From: an uncultured Chloroflexia bacterium
Lineage (GTDB): Bacteria; Chloroflexota; Anaerolineae; JAAYZQ01
DNA: 64,000 nucleotides
Assembly (NCBI GenBank): GCA_963700285.1
Contig: CAVOXA010000001.1
Location: forward strand, 768,001-832,000
Reading direction: 5' to 3'
Under the pieces are notes generated by a model. The model was not told where the DNA came from. It was given only the letters and a program-made list of their open reading frames with translations, and ran no database searches. Positions 52,266 to 61,816 of this stretch are shown piece by piece. The position numbers were made by a program, and so were the translations under genes. Each line of letters starts with the position of its first letter. Position 1 is the stretch's first letter.

Positions 52266-53502
52266 GGCTGGGGCGCCAGCCGGCAAAGCGCTCATCATTG
52301 TTGAGAACAACTCGGTTCCCTTCGACCGGAGGGTCTGGCGTGAGGCCCTCGCGCTGAAGGAGGCTGGGTGGCACGTGTCCGTGATATGCCCCAAGAGCCC
52401 TCAAGATGACAGACTAGTCTTCAGTGACAGCCCAGCCGGGGACATAGAAGTACTCGAGGGCATTCACATCTATCGTTTCCCAATGCAATTTGCAGAGCGT
52501 GGGGTCATGGCCTTTCTGCGCGAGTATACAACGGCTCTGTGGGCCTCTGTCCGGCTCTCAAGCCAGGTACTTCGGGAACAGGGCTTTGATGTTCTCCAGG
52601 TCTGCAATCCGCCGGACACCTTTTTCCTCTTGGGAGCATATTACCGCTGGAAGGGAAAAGGTTTCATCTTTGATCACCACGACCTATTTCCAGAGAGCGT
52701 TGAGTACCGGTACAAAGGTGCCAGCGGGAGGCTGATGCATTGGCTGGCGGTGCTCTTTGAGCGCTGGACCTTTCGCGCTGCGAACATAGTGGTTTCAACC
52801 AACGAGTCGTACCGGCAGGTCGCCATCCAGCGTGGACACGTTAACCCAGATCACGTGTTCGTCGTGCGCAATGGGCCGGAATTGGCTTTCATCAAAGAGC
52901 CAATCTCTGATCCTTCCCTCAAGAATGGGCGCCCTTATCTGGCATGCTATCTGGGTGTCATGGGGGTGGAGGACGGATTGGAGCCAATGATGGAGGCCAT
53001 TCGCTACGTGATCGATGACTTGGGACGTACAGATATCCAGTTCGTGCTCATGGGTGATGGCAGGCAGCGCTACTATGCCCTGGACCGCGTCACCGAATGG
53101 AATCTGGAGGAGCAAGTGCTGCTGCCGGGTCGCGTTCCCGACGGTGAAGTACAGCGCTATCTTTCTACAGCCGACGTGTGCCTGTCACCGGATCCCTATA
53201 CGCCGCTCAACAACCTCTCGACCATGAACAAGATCATGGAATACATGGCTTTTGGCAAGCCGGTGGTGTCTTTTGATTTGAAAGAAGCGCGGGTTTCGGC
53301 CGATGAAGCGGCTGTCTATGTCCGCTGCGGAGATGAGCACGGATTTGGCGACGCCATTGTGCAACTGCTGGATGATCCGCAACGCCGCGAACATATGGGG
53401 CACTTTGGGCGCCAGCGGGTTCTGACCCAACTTGCCTGGGATCACCAGAAAGAGAAGCTTTGCGCAGCCTACGAGGCGGCTCTGGAGCCCGCAGATTCGT
53501 AG
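52249..53502 (+). CDS. Glycosyltransferase family 4 (WbuB-like)
   Basis: VENNSVPFDRRVWREA, CNPPD, FDHHDL, STMNKIMEYMA. Confidence 0.88.
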   Translation: MALPGEAGAPAGKALIIVENNSVPFDRRVWREALALKEAGWHVSVICPKSPQDDRLVFSDSPAGDIEVLEGIHIYRFPMQFAERGVMAFLREYTTALWASVRLSSQVLREQGFDVLQVCNPPDTFFLLGAYYRWKGKGFIFDHHDLFPESVEYRYKGASGRLMHWLAVLFERWTFRAANIVVSTNESYRQVAIQRGHVNPDHVFVVRNGPELAFIKEPISDPSLKNGRPYLACYLGVMGVEDGLEPMMEAIRYVIDDLGRTDIQFVLMGDGRQRYYALDRVTEWNLEEQVLLPGRVPDGEVQRYLSTADVCLSPDPYTPLNNLSTMNKIMEYMAFGKPVVSFDLKEARVSADEAAVYVRCGDEHGFGDAIVQLLDDPQRREHMGHFGRQRVLTQLAWDHQKEKLCAAYEAALEPADS

Positions 53503-53523
53503 CAGAGCCCCATGTAGCCGGAG

Positions 53524-54165
53524 ATGGCTTGGCAGGCCACACAGGAGCAAAGGGTGAAAGATTTCTTTGTGCATCCGAGCGCCCTAGTTGAGTCTGAGGA
53601 TATTGGTCCTGGTACCAAGATCTGGGCGTTCGCGCACGTTCTCAAAGGAGCCAGGATTGGTCGCGACTGCAATGTGGGCGATCATTGTTTTATTGAGAAC
53701 AACGTTCGTATCGGGGACCAGGTTGTGGTAAAGAATGGTGTTTCCGTCTGGTCGGGGGTCACGCTAGAGGACTATGTTTTCGTCGGTCCCAATGCGGTCT
53801 TTACCAATGACCTGTATCCCCGAGCCAAGGTATACCACGCAGAGGACGTGGAGACGCTGGTCTGCAGAGGGGCCACCCTTGGCGCCAATGCTACGCTTCG
53901 TTGTGGCATTAGGGTGGGACGTTGGGCCATGATTGGAGCGGGTAGTGTCGTGGTTCACGACGTGCCCGACTTTGCCCTGGTCTATGGGGTACCGGCACGA
54001 CAACAGGGATGGGCATGCGCCTGCGGTGAGCGCCTAGAGTTCCCGGTGAAGGGAAGCAGTCGTGCAACCTGCCGGTGTGGTCGTTCCTTTTCGCTTTCGA
54101 ACGGGCGAGTACGTGAGGATGCGCCCATACGCCCTCCTTCAGAAGATACCAAACGTATGGAGTGA
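53524..54165 (+). CDS. Hexapeptide-repeat sugar N-acetyltransferase (WbpD/WxcM-like)
   Basis: IGPGTKIWAFAHV, FVGPNAVFTND, GVPARQQGWACACG. Confidence 0.88.
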   Translation: MAWQATQEQRVKDFFVHPSALVESEDIGPGTKIWAFAHVLKGARIGRDCNVGDHCFIENNVRIGDQVVVKNGVSVWSGVTLEDYVFVGPNAVFTNDLYPRAKVYHAEDVETLVCRGATLGANATLRCGIRVGRWAMIGAGSVVVHDVPDFALVYGVPARQQGWACACGERLEFPVKGSSRATCRCGRSFSLSNGRVREDAPIRPPSEDTKRME

Positions 54166-54171
54166 GAAACT

Positions 54172-55341
54172 ATGGATGTCCCATTTGTAGACTTGCGAGC
54201 GCAACACGATGAAGTGCGTCCCGAAATTGACGCGGTGGTCAAGGAGGTCATAGACAACTCGACCTTCATAGGTGGCGAGAGGGTCGCCTCCTTCGAACGG
54301 AACTATGCTGCGTTCTGCGGCACGCGCCATGCCCTGGCTTGTGCCAGTGGTACGGATGCGCTTAGACTCGCTCTGATGGCGGCTGGCGTTGGGCCAGGAG
54401 AAGAAGTCATCACACCGCCAAATACCTTCATTGCCACAGTGGAGGCCATGACGATGGTAGGGGCCCATCCGGTCTTTGTGGACATCGATGGCCCAACCTA
54501 CAATCTGTCACCTGATCGACTGGCGGATTTTCTAGATGACAATTGCCGATTAGGGCGGTCTGGCCATCTGATCAATGGCCAGACCGGCCGCCGCATCGTG
54601 GCTGTCATGCCTGTCCATCTCTACGGACTCCCGGCAGACATGGCTCCGATCCTAGACATGGCCCGGGAACGTAACCTTCGCGTCATCGAGGATGCTTGCC
54701 AGGCGCATGGGGCTACCTACGAACTGGATGGCGCTGAAGAAAGGGCCGGATCGCTCGGCGAGGTGGCGGCGTTCAGTTTCTACGCTAGCAAGAACCTCGG
54801 GGCAATGGGTGAGGCAGGGGCTGCAACCACCAACGATGATCGGATCGATCGCAATATGCGCGTGTGGCACGACCATGGTCAGAGCCAGCGTTACATCCAC
54901 GTCTCGCCGGACGGCTGGAACGGACGGTTGGATACCTTACAGTGCGCTATTTTGGATGTAAAGCTGAAAAAGCTTGACGAATGGAATGAGCGGCGCCGTC
55001 AAGCAGCGCAATGGTACCGCGAACGCTTGGCTGGGGAAGAGCGGGTTGTGCTACCTATCGAACCTGCTGGCAGCAAGCACGTGTACCACCTCTTTGTTGT
55101 GCGACTGCCCGATCGAGAAAGGGCTCGCGAAAGGCTCTTGGAGAACGGTGTTGGTGTTGGTTTGCATTACCCGATTCCCTTACACCTGCAGGTTGCCTAT
55201 CGGGATCTAGGCTGGAACTCGGGAGACTTGCCGGAATCAGAATCAGCGGCCGAGTCGATACTCTCCCTGCCCATGTTCCCACATATCACAGAGGAGCAAG
55301 TAGACTTTACGTGCAGCGTGCTCAAGAGTGTGCTGGATTAG
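54172..55341 (+). CDS. DegT/DnrJ/EryC1/StrS PLP-dependent sugar aminotransferase
   Basis: VPFVDL, PVHLYG, EDACQAHG, SFYASKNLG, NGRLDTLQ. Confidence 0.93.
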   Translation: MDVPFVDLRAQHDEVRPEIDAVVKEVIDNSTFIGGERVASFERNYAAFCGTRHALACASGTDALRLALMAAGVGPGEEVITPPNTFIATVEAMTMVGAHPVFVDIDGPTYNLSPDRLADFLDDNCRLGRSGHLINGQTGRRIVAVMPVHLYGLPADMAPILDMARERNLRVIEDACQAHGATYELDGAEERAGSLGEVAAFSFYASKNLGAMGEAGAATTNDDRIDRNMRVWHDHGQSQRYIHVSPDGWNGRLDTLQCAILDVKLKKLDEWNERRRQAAQWYRERLAGEERVVLPIEPAGSKHVYHLFVVRLPDRERARERLLENGVGVGLHYPIPLHLQVAYRDLGWNSGDLPESESAAESILSLPMFPHITEEQVDFTCSVLKSVLD

Positions 55342-55388
55342 CCAGGGGACGGGGTTCGTGCTCTACGCTCGATGGGCAACCCTGGTCA

Positions 55389-56225
55389 ATGAACGACGTC
55401 ATGATTGAGCCAAAGAGGTGCTTTGTCAAAGACACCAATGCCGATGGTACGTCCATGTGGCAGCAGGTCGACTCGGCCCTGCAGCGAGGGGACCAGGTTT
55501 GGTTGCGGTCGCCCATGCTGAGTCCGGTAGCCGACGCCATTGGCGAGGACTGTGACGGGCAGCGGTGGCTGGTGATAGATCCGAAGGGCAGAATGCCTGT
55601 CGCCCTGATCCGGATGCGAGATATCCTGCTGAGCGGTTTGGCTCTGGTCTGTCTCTCGCCTCTGCTGCTTGTGATAGCGCTCTTGATCAAGGTCAGCTCA
55701 AAGGGACCTGTGTTCTTTGCTACAACCGTTGTCGGGAAGAAGCGGCACGCCTTCACCTGGCACAAACTGCGCTCGATGCGCGTTATTCCCGAGTCGGTTG
55801 ACGTAGAGCGGCGCCGCACACGATTCCAGGAGTATGTGGAAGGCAAGAGTATGGCAGGCTCTGAAGGGGCACCCACGAAGGTGGTCGAGAAGGGCAGGAT
55901 TACTCCAGTAGGCAGCTTTGTCCGGAAATACAGCATTGATGAACTGCCTCAACTGTGGAACGTGCTTTGCGGTGAAATGTCGCTTGTGGGTCCGCGACCC
56001 TGCCTGCCCTATGAGGCAGAGTTCTACACGGGTTGGCGAGGACGACGTTTTAACGTGAGGCCTGGCTTGTCTGGTGTGTGGCAGGTCTATGGTCGGGGGC
56101 GCGTCGGTTTTGAAGAGGCTGCGGCCATGGACGTATACTATACCTATCGCCGTTCGCTTGGCTTTGATCTGTATCTGATCTACAAGACGTTGGGGGTCGT
56201 ATTTACTGGCAGAGGAGCGTTATGA
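55389..56225 (+). CDS. Small monotopic phosphoglycosyl transferase (priming sugar transferase); start uncertain
   Basis: HKLRSM, SIDELPQLWNVLCGEMSLVGPRP, PGLSGVWQV. Confidence 0.88.
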   Translation: MNDVMIEPKRCFVKDTNADGTSMWQQVDSALQRGDQVWLRSPMLSPVADAIGEDCDGQRWLVIDPKGRMPVALIRMRDILLSGLALVCLSPLLLVIALLIKVSSKGPVFFATTVVGKKRHAFTWHKLRSMRVIPESVDVERRRTRFQEYVEGKSMAGSEGAPTKVVEKGRITPVGSFVRKYSIDELPQLWNVLCGEMSLVGPRPCLPYEAEFYTGWRGRRFNVRPGLSGVWQVYGRGRVGFEEAAAMDVYYTYRRSLGFDLYLIYKTLGVVFTGRGAL

Positions 56226-57244
56226 AAGAGAGTCAGACGGGCGTGGCAATTGTAGGAGCCGGATACTGGGGGCCAAATCTCATTCGAAACTTTGGCCGTC
56301 TGTCCGACTGCCAGGTGTTGTGGGTCTGTGACCAGAAGCCGGGCCGTAGGCAGTACGTGCAGGAGAGATTTCCAAAAATCCCTGTCACAGAAGATGTTGG
56401 GGCCGTTCTCTCAGATCCCAGGGTGGACGCGGTCGTGATCGCCACTCCCGTCTCCACGCACCATGCTGTGGCCATGGCAGCCTTGCAGGCAGGCAAGCAC
56501 GTGATGATTGAGAAACCGCTGACGGACACTTCAGACCGTGCCCAAGAGCTCGTCGATACCGCACGACAGGCCGGTAAGGTTCTAGCCGTCGACCATCTCT
56601 TCGTCTACAATCCGGCCATTGCCAGAATGGTGGAACTCGTGAATGCAGGTGAGGTCGATCGCCTCTGCTACGCCGAGTCCAGCCGGGTGAACCTGGGGCC
56701 GCCGGCATCTGAGGTCGATGTGATCTGGGATCTGGCGACGCACGATCTGTCGATTACCTATGCCCTTTGGGGGCGTCTTCCCATCGAGTTGACTGCCTAC
56801 GGGCGGCGATTCTTGCATCCCACGCTGATCGACGTCGCCTTCCTGCACCTGCGCTTTGAAGACGATTCGTTGGCCGTCCACCACGTTAGCTGGTTGTCGC
56901 CCGAGAAGGTGCGGCGCTACTTTTTGGTGGGAACATGTGGTTCTTTTGTTTTCGATGATACTCTTGCCGAGGGAAAACTCCGGCAGATAGACCAGGGCGA
57001 GGACAGCCGCATCGGACTCGAGGATGATGAGGTCAAAGACCTTTTTTACCGGCCCGGTGTTGTGCGATACCCTGACTTGGAGCCAGTGGAGCCACTGGCA
57101 GCTAGCTGCGGCGACTTTATACGATGCATTCGTACGGAGCAAACCCCTCGCGCCGATGGTCGTGCCGGACTGGCAGTTGTGCGCATGCTGGAGGCTGCCG
57201 AGCGCTCCATCGCCGAGGGTTCGCAGCCGGTGCGATTGGAATAG
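56222..57244 (+). CDS. Gfo/Idh/MocA oxidoreductase (nucleotide-sugar 3-dehydrogenase-like)
   Basis: GAGYWGPN, GKHVMIEKP, WDLATHD, SWLSPEK. Confidence 0.88.
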   Translation: MKESQTGVAIVGAGYWGPNLIRNFGRLSDCQVLWVCDQKPGRRQYVQERFPKIPVTEDVGAVLSDPRVDAVVIATPVSTHHAVAMAALQAGKHVMIEKPLTDTSDRAQELVDTARQAGKVLAVDHLFVYNPAIARMVELVNAGEVDRLCYAESSRVNLGPPASEVDVIWDLATHDLSITYALWGRLPIELTAYGRRFLHPTLIDVAFLHLRFEDDSLAVHHVSWLSPEKVRRYFLVGTCGSFVFDDTLAEGKLRQIDQGEDSRIGLEDDEVKDLFYRPGVVRYPDLEPVEPLAASCGDFIRCIRTEQTPRADGRAGLAVVRMLEAAERSIAEGSQPVRLE

Positions 57245-57253
57245 GGGGTTTCA

Positions 57254-58414
57254 TTGCGAGTTCTTGTGACCGGGGGAGCCGGTTTCATCGGCTCCCATAC
57301 CGTAGACCTGTTGCTTCAGCATGGGTATCAAGTCCGCATCCTGGACAGCCTGACTCCTCCTGTGCACGAGGATGGGCAGGTGCCCGACTACCTCCCCGTG
57401 AACGATATGGAGTTCATGCGTGCTGACGTGCGCGACAAGAGTTCCTGGGAGACCGCTCTGCCTGGTGTCGATGCCGTGATTCACCTGGCGGCGTATCAGG
57501 ACTACTTGCCGGACTTTGGAAAGTTCTTCCACGTCAATACGGTAGGCACGGCTTTGCTGTACGAGGTTGCTGTGGAAAAGCAGCTGCCACTGCGCAAGGT
57601 CGTGGTGGCTTCTTCCCAAGCGACCTACGGGGAGGCCAAGTATCTGCGCGCTGATGGTTCCGTGATCTATCCTGAACTACGTCCAGAGGCCCAGCTAAAG
57701 CGTGGCTTGTGGGAACCCTTGGATCCAGAGACGGCCGAGCCCCTGACCCCCGCCTGGACCGATGAGGCGCGCGTGATGCCACACAATCAGTACTCGATGT
57801 CCAAGTTCACTCAGGAAATGGTCGCTCTGAACTTGGGACAGCGCTATGGCATCCCATCGGTGGCCATGCGCTACTCGATCGTGCAGGGCCCCCGGCAATC
57901 GTTCCGAAATGCCTATTCTGGCGTGTTGCGCATCTTTGCCCAACGGCTGCTCAACGGTCGGGCCCCGGTCTGCTACGAGGATGGACAGCAATTGCGGGAC
58001 TATGTCTCTGTCCACGACGTTGCCAGGGCAAACTTGCTGGTGTTGGAGGATGAGCGCGCGGACTACCAAGCCTTCAACGTAGGTGGAGATCGCAAGGTCA
58101 GCGTATTGGCCTACGCTCAGCTTGTCGCGGGACAAGCTGGTTTGGACATCCAGCCCGAAATCCCTGGACTCTACCGCTTTGGTGACACCCGTCATGTCTT
58201 CTCTGATGTGAGCAAGCTGGGCGCTCTGGGTTGGCGACCTACGGTCTCGTTGGCAGAGATCGTGGATGGGTATATCACTTGGGCGCAGGCGCAGCCGGGA
58301 TTCCGTGACTACTATGCCAAGGCCGAGGTACAGATGGAGGCCATGGGTACCCTGCGTCGTGCAGAGAAAATGGAAAATCCAGTACGATCTCGTAGCGTCG
58401 CGGCGGATTCGTAG
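57254..58414 (+). CDS. NAD-dependent epimerase/dehydratase
   Basis: VTGGAGFIGSH, YSMSK (YxxxK), EDGQQLRDYV. Confidence 0.9.
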   Translation: MRVLVTGGAGFIGSHTVDLLLQHGYQVRILDSLTPPVHEDGQVPDYLPVNDMEFMRADVRDKSSWETALPGVDAVIHLAAYQDYLPDFGKFFHVNTVGTALLYEVAVEKQLPLRKVVVASSQATYGEAKYLRADGSVIYPELRPEAQLKRGLWEPLDPETAEPLTPAWTDEARVMPHNQYSMSKFTQEMVALNLGQRYGIPSVAMRYSIVQGPRQSFRNAYSGVLRIFAQRLLNGRAPVCYEDGQQLRDYVSVHDVARANLLVLEDERADYQAFNVGGDRKVSVLAYAQLVAGQAGLDIQPEIPGLYRFGDTRHVFSDVSKLGALGWRPTVSLAEIVDGYITWAQAQPGFRDYYAKAEVQMEAMGTLRRAEKMENPVRSRSVAADS

Positions 58415-58428
58415 AGAGACGGGAAACG

Positions 58429-59463
58429 ATGTTACTAGCAAGGGCTCCGGTACGGATTAGTCTTGCAGGCGGGGGTACTGACTTGCCTGCATACTATGAG
58501 AATTGTGGTGGCTGTGTGGTAAATACTACGATTGACAAGTATTTCTATACGTTCCTTAATGTCAATCAGGATGAGGATATCCAGATCACTTCCTCGGACT
58601 ATCGGACCTTCTTCCGCCACGATGGACAGGGGCCGCCACTCTGGGATGGCGCTCTCAGTCTGCCGCGGGCCATTCTGAACCACTTTGATATTTCCAAAGG
58701 GGTTTCCATGTTCCTCGCTTCGGAGATTCCTCCTGGGACTGGCCTGGGGTCTTCGAGCACAGTGGCCGTATCGGTCATCAAGGCGGTCGCGGTTGCCTGT
58801 GGACTTCATCTCTCACAGCAGGACATCGCCGAACTCGCCTGCTTCATCGAGATTGGTAAGCTAGGTATGCCCATTGGAAAGCAGGACCAGTACGCGGCTG
58901 CTTTTGGCGGGCTGAACTTTATCACATTCTCTTCGGAGGGCGTCAACGTGGAACCTCTGCGCATTGAACCCCAAGCCCGGCGTCACTTGGAGCAACACCT
59001 CATGCTCTTCTACACCGGCGCCGCCCGCGACTCCGCTAGCATCCTGGGGGAACAGTCAGAGGCTAGCTCTAGGAAGGATCCCGATGTGACTTCTGCTCTG
59101 GATGCCGTGAAAGGTATGGCCTATGAGGTCAAGGAGTGCTTGGAGCGGGGAAAGGTCGATCGCCTTGGCGGGTTCTTGCACGAGAACTGGATGCATAAGA
59201 AGCACTTTGCCTCGGGTGTGACCAATCCGGTCATCGACGAGTGCTACGAAGCCGCGCGGGCTGCCGGAGCGATGGGGGGCAAGATCACGGGGGCGGGCGG
59301 CGGGGGTTTTCTGATGCTCTACTGCCAACCAGTTCATCAAGTAGCCGTCACAGTAGCCCTGGAGTCCAGGGGGCTGAAGGGCATGGACTTTCATCTCGAG
59401 CGAGGTGGTGCCAGAGTATTGCTGAATGCAGCTCTGCAGCTACCGTATGAACGGAGACGGTAG
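58429..59463 (+). CDS. hddA: D-glycero-alpha-D-manno-heptose-7-phosphate kinase (GHMP family)
   Basis: RISLAGGGTD, IPPGTGLGSSS, GKQDQYAAAFGG, GAGGGGF; gmhA nearby. Confidence 0.85.
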   Translation: MLLARAPVRISLAGGGTDLPAYYENCGGCVVNTTIDKYFYTFLNVNQDEDIQITSSDYRTFFRHDGQGPPLWDGALSLPRAILNHFDISKGVSMFLASEIPPGTGLGSSSTVAVSVIKAVAVACGLHLSQQDIAELACFIEIGKLGMPIGKQDQYAAAFGGLNFITFSSEGVNVEPLRIEPQARRHLEQHLMLFYTGAARDSASILGEQSEASSRKDPDVTSALDAVKGMAYEVKECLERGKVDRLGGFLHENWMHKKHFASGVTNPVIDECYEAARAAGAMGGKITGAGGGGFLMLYCQPVHQVAVTVALESRGLKGMDFHLERGGARVLLNAALQLPYERRR

Positions 59464-59466
59464 CCA

Positions 59467-61047
59467 ATGAAGAAACGAGAGCGCACCATCGTTGTCTGGT
59501 CATTGGTAGTCCTCGACACCCTCGCTGTAGTCATAGCCTTGGTGTTGGCCTATTACCTGCGGTTTGGCCTGGACCAGCCACACAAGTTCGACGCGTATGT
59601 GCGCATGACCCTCCTTGCGGTACCAGTGTTCCTGGCCATTTTTGCCTACTCCCGGCTCTATGACACTCACCTGCTTTTCGGGGGTCCCCAGGAGTACGCA
59701 AACGTGGTAAAGGCTTGTACGTTTGGCGTCATCGCCCTGACCATGTTGAGTTTCTGGGAGAGCGGGGGCTTGATGTCACGAGCCTGGCTGCTGATAGCTT
59801 GGATCCTTTCGTTCCTTGTGGTTGGTACAGGGCGTTTCATCTTTCGACGTGTCATCTTTTTCCTGCGTCGCCAAGATCTCTTTGTCAGTCGCGCCCTCGT
59901 GGTCGGTGCCAACGAGCAGGCCAAGATCATCGTTCGTCAGCTTCACGCTTCCGAGGAACGGGGTGTTCGGGTGGTTGGCTTCTTGGACGACTACTTGCCG
60001 CCAGGTACGGCGGTGATGGACGGACTAGAGGTGCTTGGGTCTCCCACCGAGCTGGATCGTGTGTCAAAAGAATATGGTGCCGGGGGAGCTATTGTCATGC
60101 CAGATGCGTTGGCCTGGGAGAGTTTTCAGGAGATCATCCGAGAGGCAGCTTCTCAGCGCAGTGGCTTGGAGATCAAACTGTCACCCGGGTTCTACGAGAT
60201 CTTGACCACGGGAGTGAAGGTAGACCCCACTACCTACGTCCCATTGCTCACGGTGCAACGAGTTCGTATCACCGGGTTGGACGCACTATTCAAGAACCTG
60301 CTGGACTTTGGGTTGGGCTTTGTGCTCCTTGTGCTCTTTTCTCCGGTGATGGCAGCAATCTCGCTGGCTCTCTGGCTTCGCGGACGGCCCGGTCCCGGGC
60401 AAGGTACACAAAGCTCACCTATATTGGATCGGCATCAAGTACTGGGACTGGGTGGGCGAACATTCTATACGCTCAAATTTCATACGGGTCTGCTGGGGAG
60501 CATCCGCCGCAGCCTGGTCGATCCGCTGCCGGTAGATCTGTTGGACAATGGCCGTGTCACGCGATTGGGGGCGTTCCTATTCCGAACTGGATTGGACAAG
60601 CTGCCACAGCTGTTCAATGTGCTGCGAGGCCAGATGAGTTTGGTTGGCCCTCGAACCGTCTCGGACAGAGACAGGGGCCCGTATGGACCATGGCTGCACA
60701 GTATGCTGACGGTCAAGCCAGGAATGACTGGCCCGTGGGCTGTGCGCAGCGTGCCAACGTTGGGGGATGAGATCCGGTTGACGTTGTACTATATTCGGAA
60801 CTGGACAATTTGGGTCGATCTGCAGATCATTCTCAGAACAGCCTCCCGCGTTCTATACTGGCAACGACGCAGGCGAGCGGGAAAAAGTACGACCTCAGCG
60901 ATCGGCCCCAGTGATGAGGAATCACCAATCACTTCACATGTAGAGTCGACCTCCTATGCCATCGAGGCGATGGTTCCCAATCCTGCGACGGGCCCGAATA
61001 CCTATTCCTTAGAGAACTCAGCCATGCAATCCGAGGAGGAGGATTGA
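59467..61047 (+). CDS. Large WcaJ/WbaP-type sugar transferase with degenerate catalytic motif
   Basis: Four N-terminal TMs, CoA-binding-like domain (VVGA, VVGFLDD), PGT domain with LDKLPQL, MSLVGPRT, KPGMTG. Confidence 0.82.
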   Translation: MKKRERTIVVWSLVVLDTLAVVIALVLAYYLRFGLDQPHKFDAYVRMTLLAVPVFLAIFAYSRLYDTHLLFGGPQEYANVVKACTFGVIALTMLSFWESGGLMSRAWLLIAWILSFLVVGTGRFIFRRVIFFLRRQDLFVSRALVVGANEQAKIIVRQLHASEERGVRVVGFLDDYLPPGTAVMDGLEVLGSPTELDRVSKEYGAGGAIVMPDALAWESFQEIIREAASQRSGLEIKLSPGFYEILTTGVKVDPTTYVPLLTVQRVRITGLDALFKNLLDFGLGFVLLVLFSPVMAAISLALWLRGRPGPGQGTQSSPILDRHQVLGLGGRTFYTLKFHTGLLGSIRRSLVDPLPVDLLDNGRVTRLGAFLFRTGLDKLPQLFNVLRGQMSLVGPRTVSDRDRGPYGPWLHSMLTVKPGMTGPWAVRSVPTLGDEIRLTLYYIRNWTIWVDLQIILRTASRVLYWQRRRRAGKSTTSAIGPSDEESPITSHVESTSYAIEAMVPNPATGPNTYSLENSAMQSEEED

Positions 61048-61661
61048 CTCACCAAGACTGCGATATTAGACAGGATGAGTGCGAGATGGATGCAGTTGGG
61101 GGATATTTGACGGAACTCGCCGACATGGTTCGCGAGATGCCACAGGATCGGATCTGGGATGTGATCCACGTACTCATGGATGCCTGGCGGAAGGGCAGCC
61201 GGGTATTCTTGTTGGGCAATGGGGGCAGCGCGGCAACAGCTTCTCATATGGCAAACGACCTAAACAAGTACACGATCGTGCCCGGTCAGCCCCGCTTCAA
61301 GGTACTTGCTCTTTCGGACAATGTCCCCTTGATGACGGCTTGGGGCAACGACACATCGTACGAAAACATCTTTGTGGAACAAATGCTCAATTTTTGGGAG
61401 CCCGGCGATGTGGCCATTGGAATCTCGGGTAGTGGGAACTCCCCGAACGTCTTGAAGGCCATGCAAGCCGCCCGCGATCTTGGAGGCATTGCCATCGGCT
61501 TCACCGGCCGGGATGGCGGTAAGCTGAAAAGCGTCGTAGATCTATGCATCCACGTACCAAGTGATAGAATCGTTCAGCAAGAAGATGGCCATATGATTCT
61601 GGACCACCTTATAGCTACTACGCTTCGCCAGCTCATCGAAGAAGAGGCTGGTGAAAAGTGA
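61044..61661 (+). CDS. gmhA: Phosphoheptose isomerase (SIS domain)
   Basis: GNGGSAATASH, TAWGND, ISGSGNSPNV, EDGH; start may be ATG 61086. Confidence 0.88.
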   Translation: MTHQDCDIRQDECEMDAVGGYLTELADMVREMPQDRIWDVIHVLMDAWRKGSRVFLLGNGGSAATASHMANDLNKYTIVPGQPRFKVLALSDNVPLMTAWGNDTSYENIFVEQMLNFWEPGDVAIGISGSGNSPNVLKAMQAARDLGGIAIGFTGRDGGKLKSVVDLCIHVPSDRIVQQEDGHMILDHLIATTLRQLIEEEAGEK

Positions 61662-61816
61662 TCTCGGTTTGAAGGCGATGAGATTGCCGGATGTGCTATT
61701 GGGTGTGCCCTTTGGCCGGATGACCTGCGGGCCCCAGTCTGGGTACAAGGCCAGCGGGTGCTCTCCAATCAGAAACTGCCATGGCTTGCTGTCTGCCAAA
61801 GGATCGTGGAGGACAT

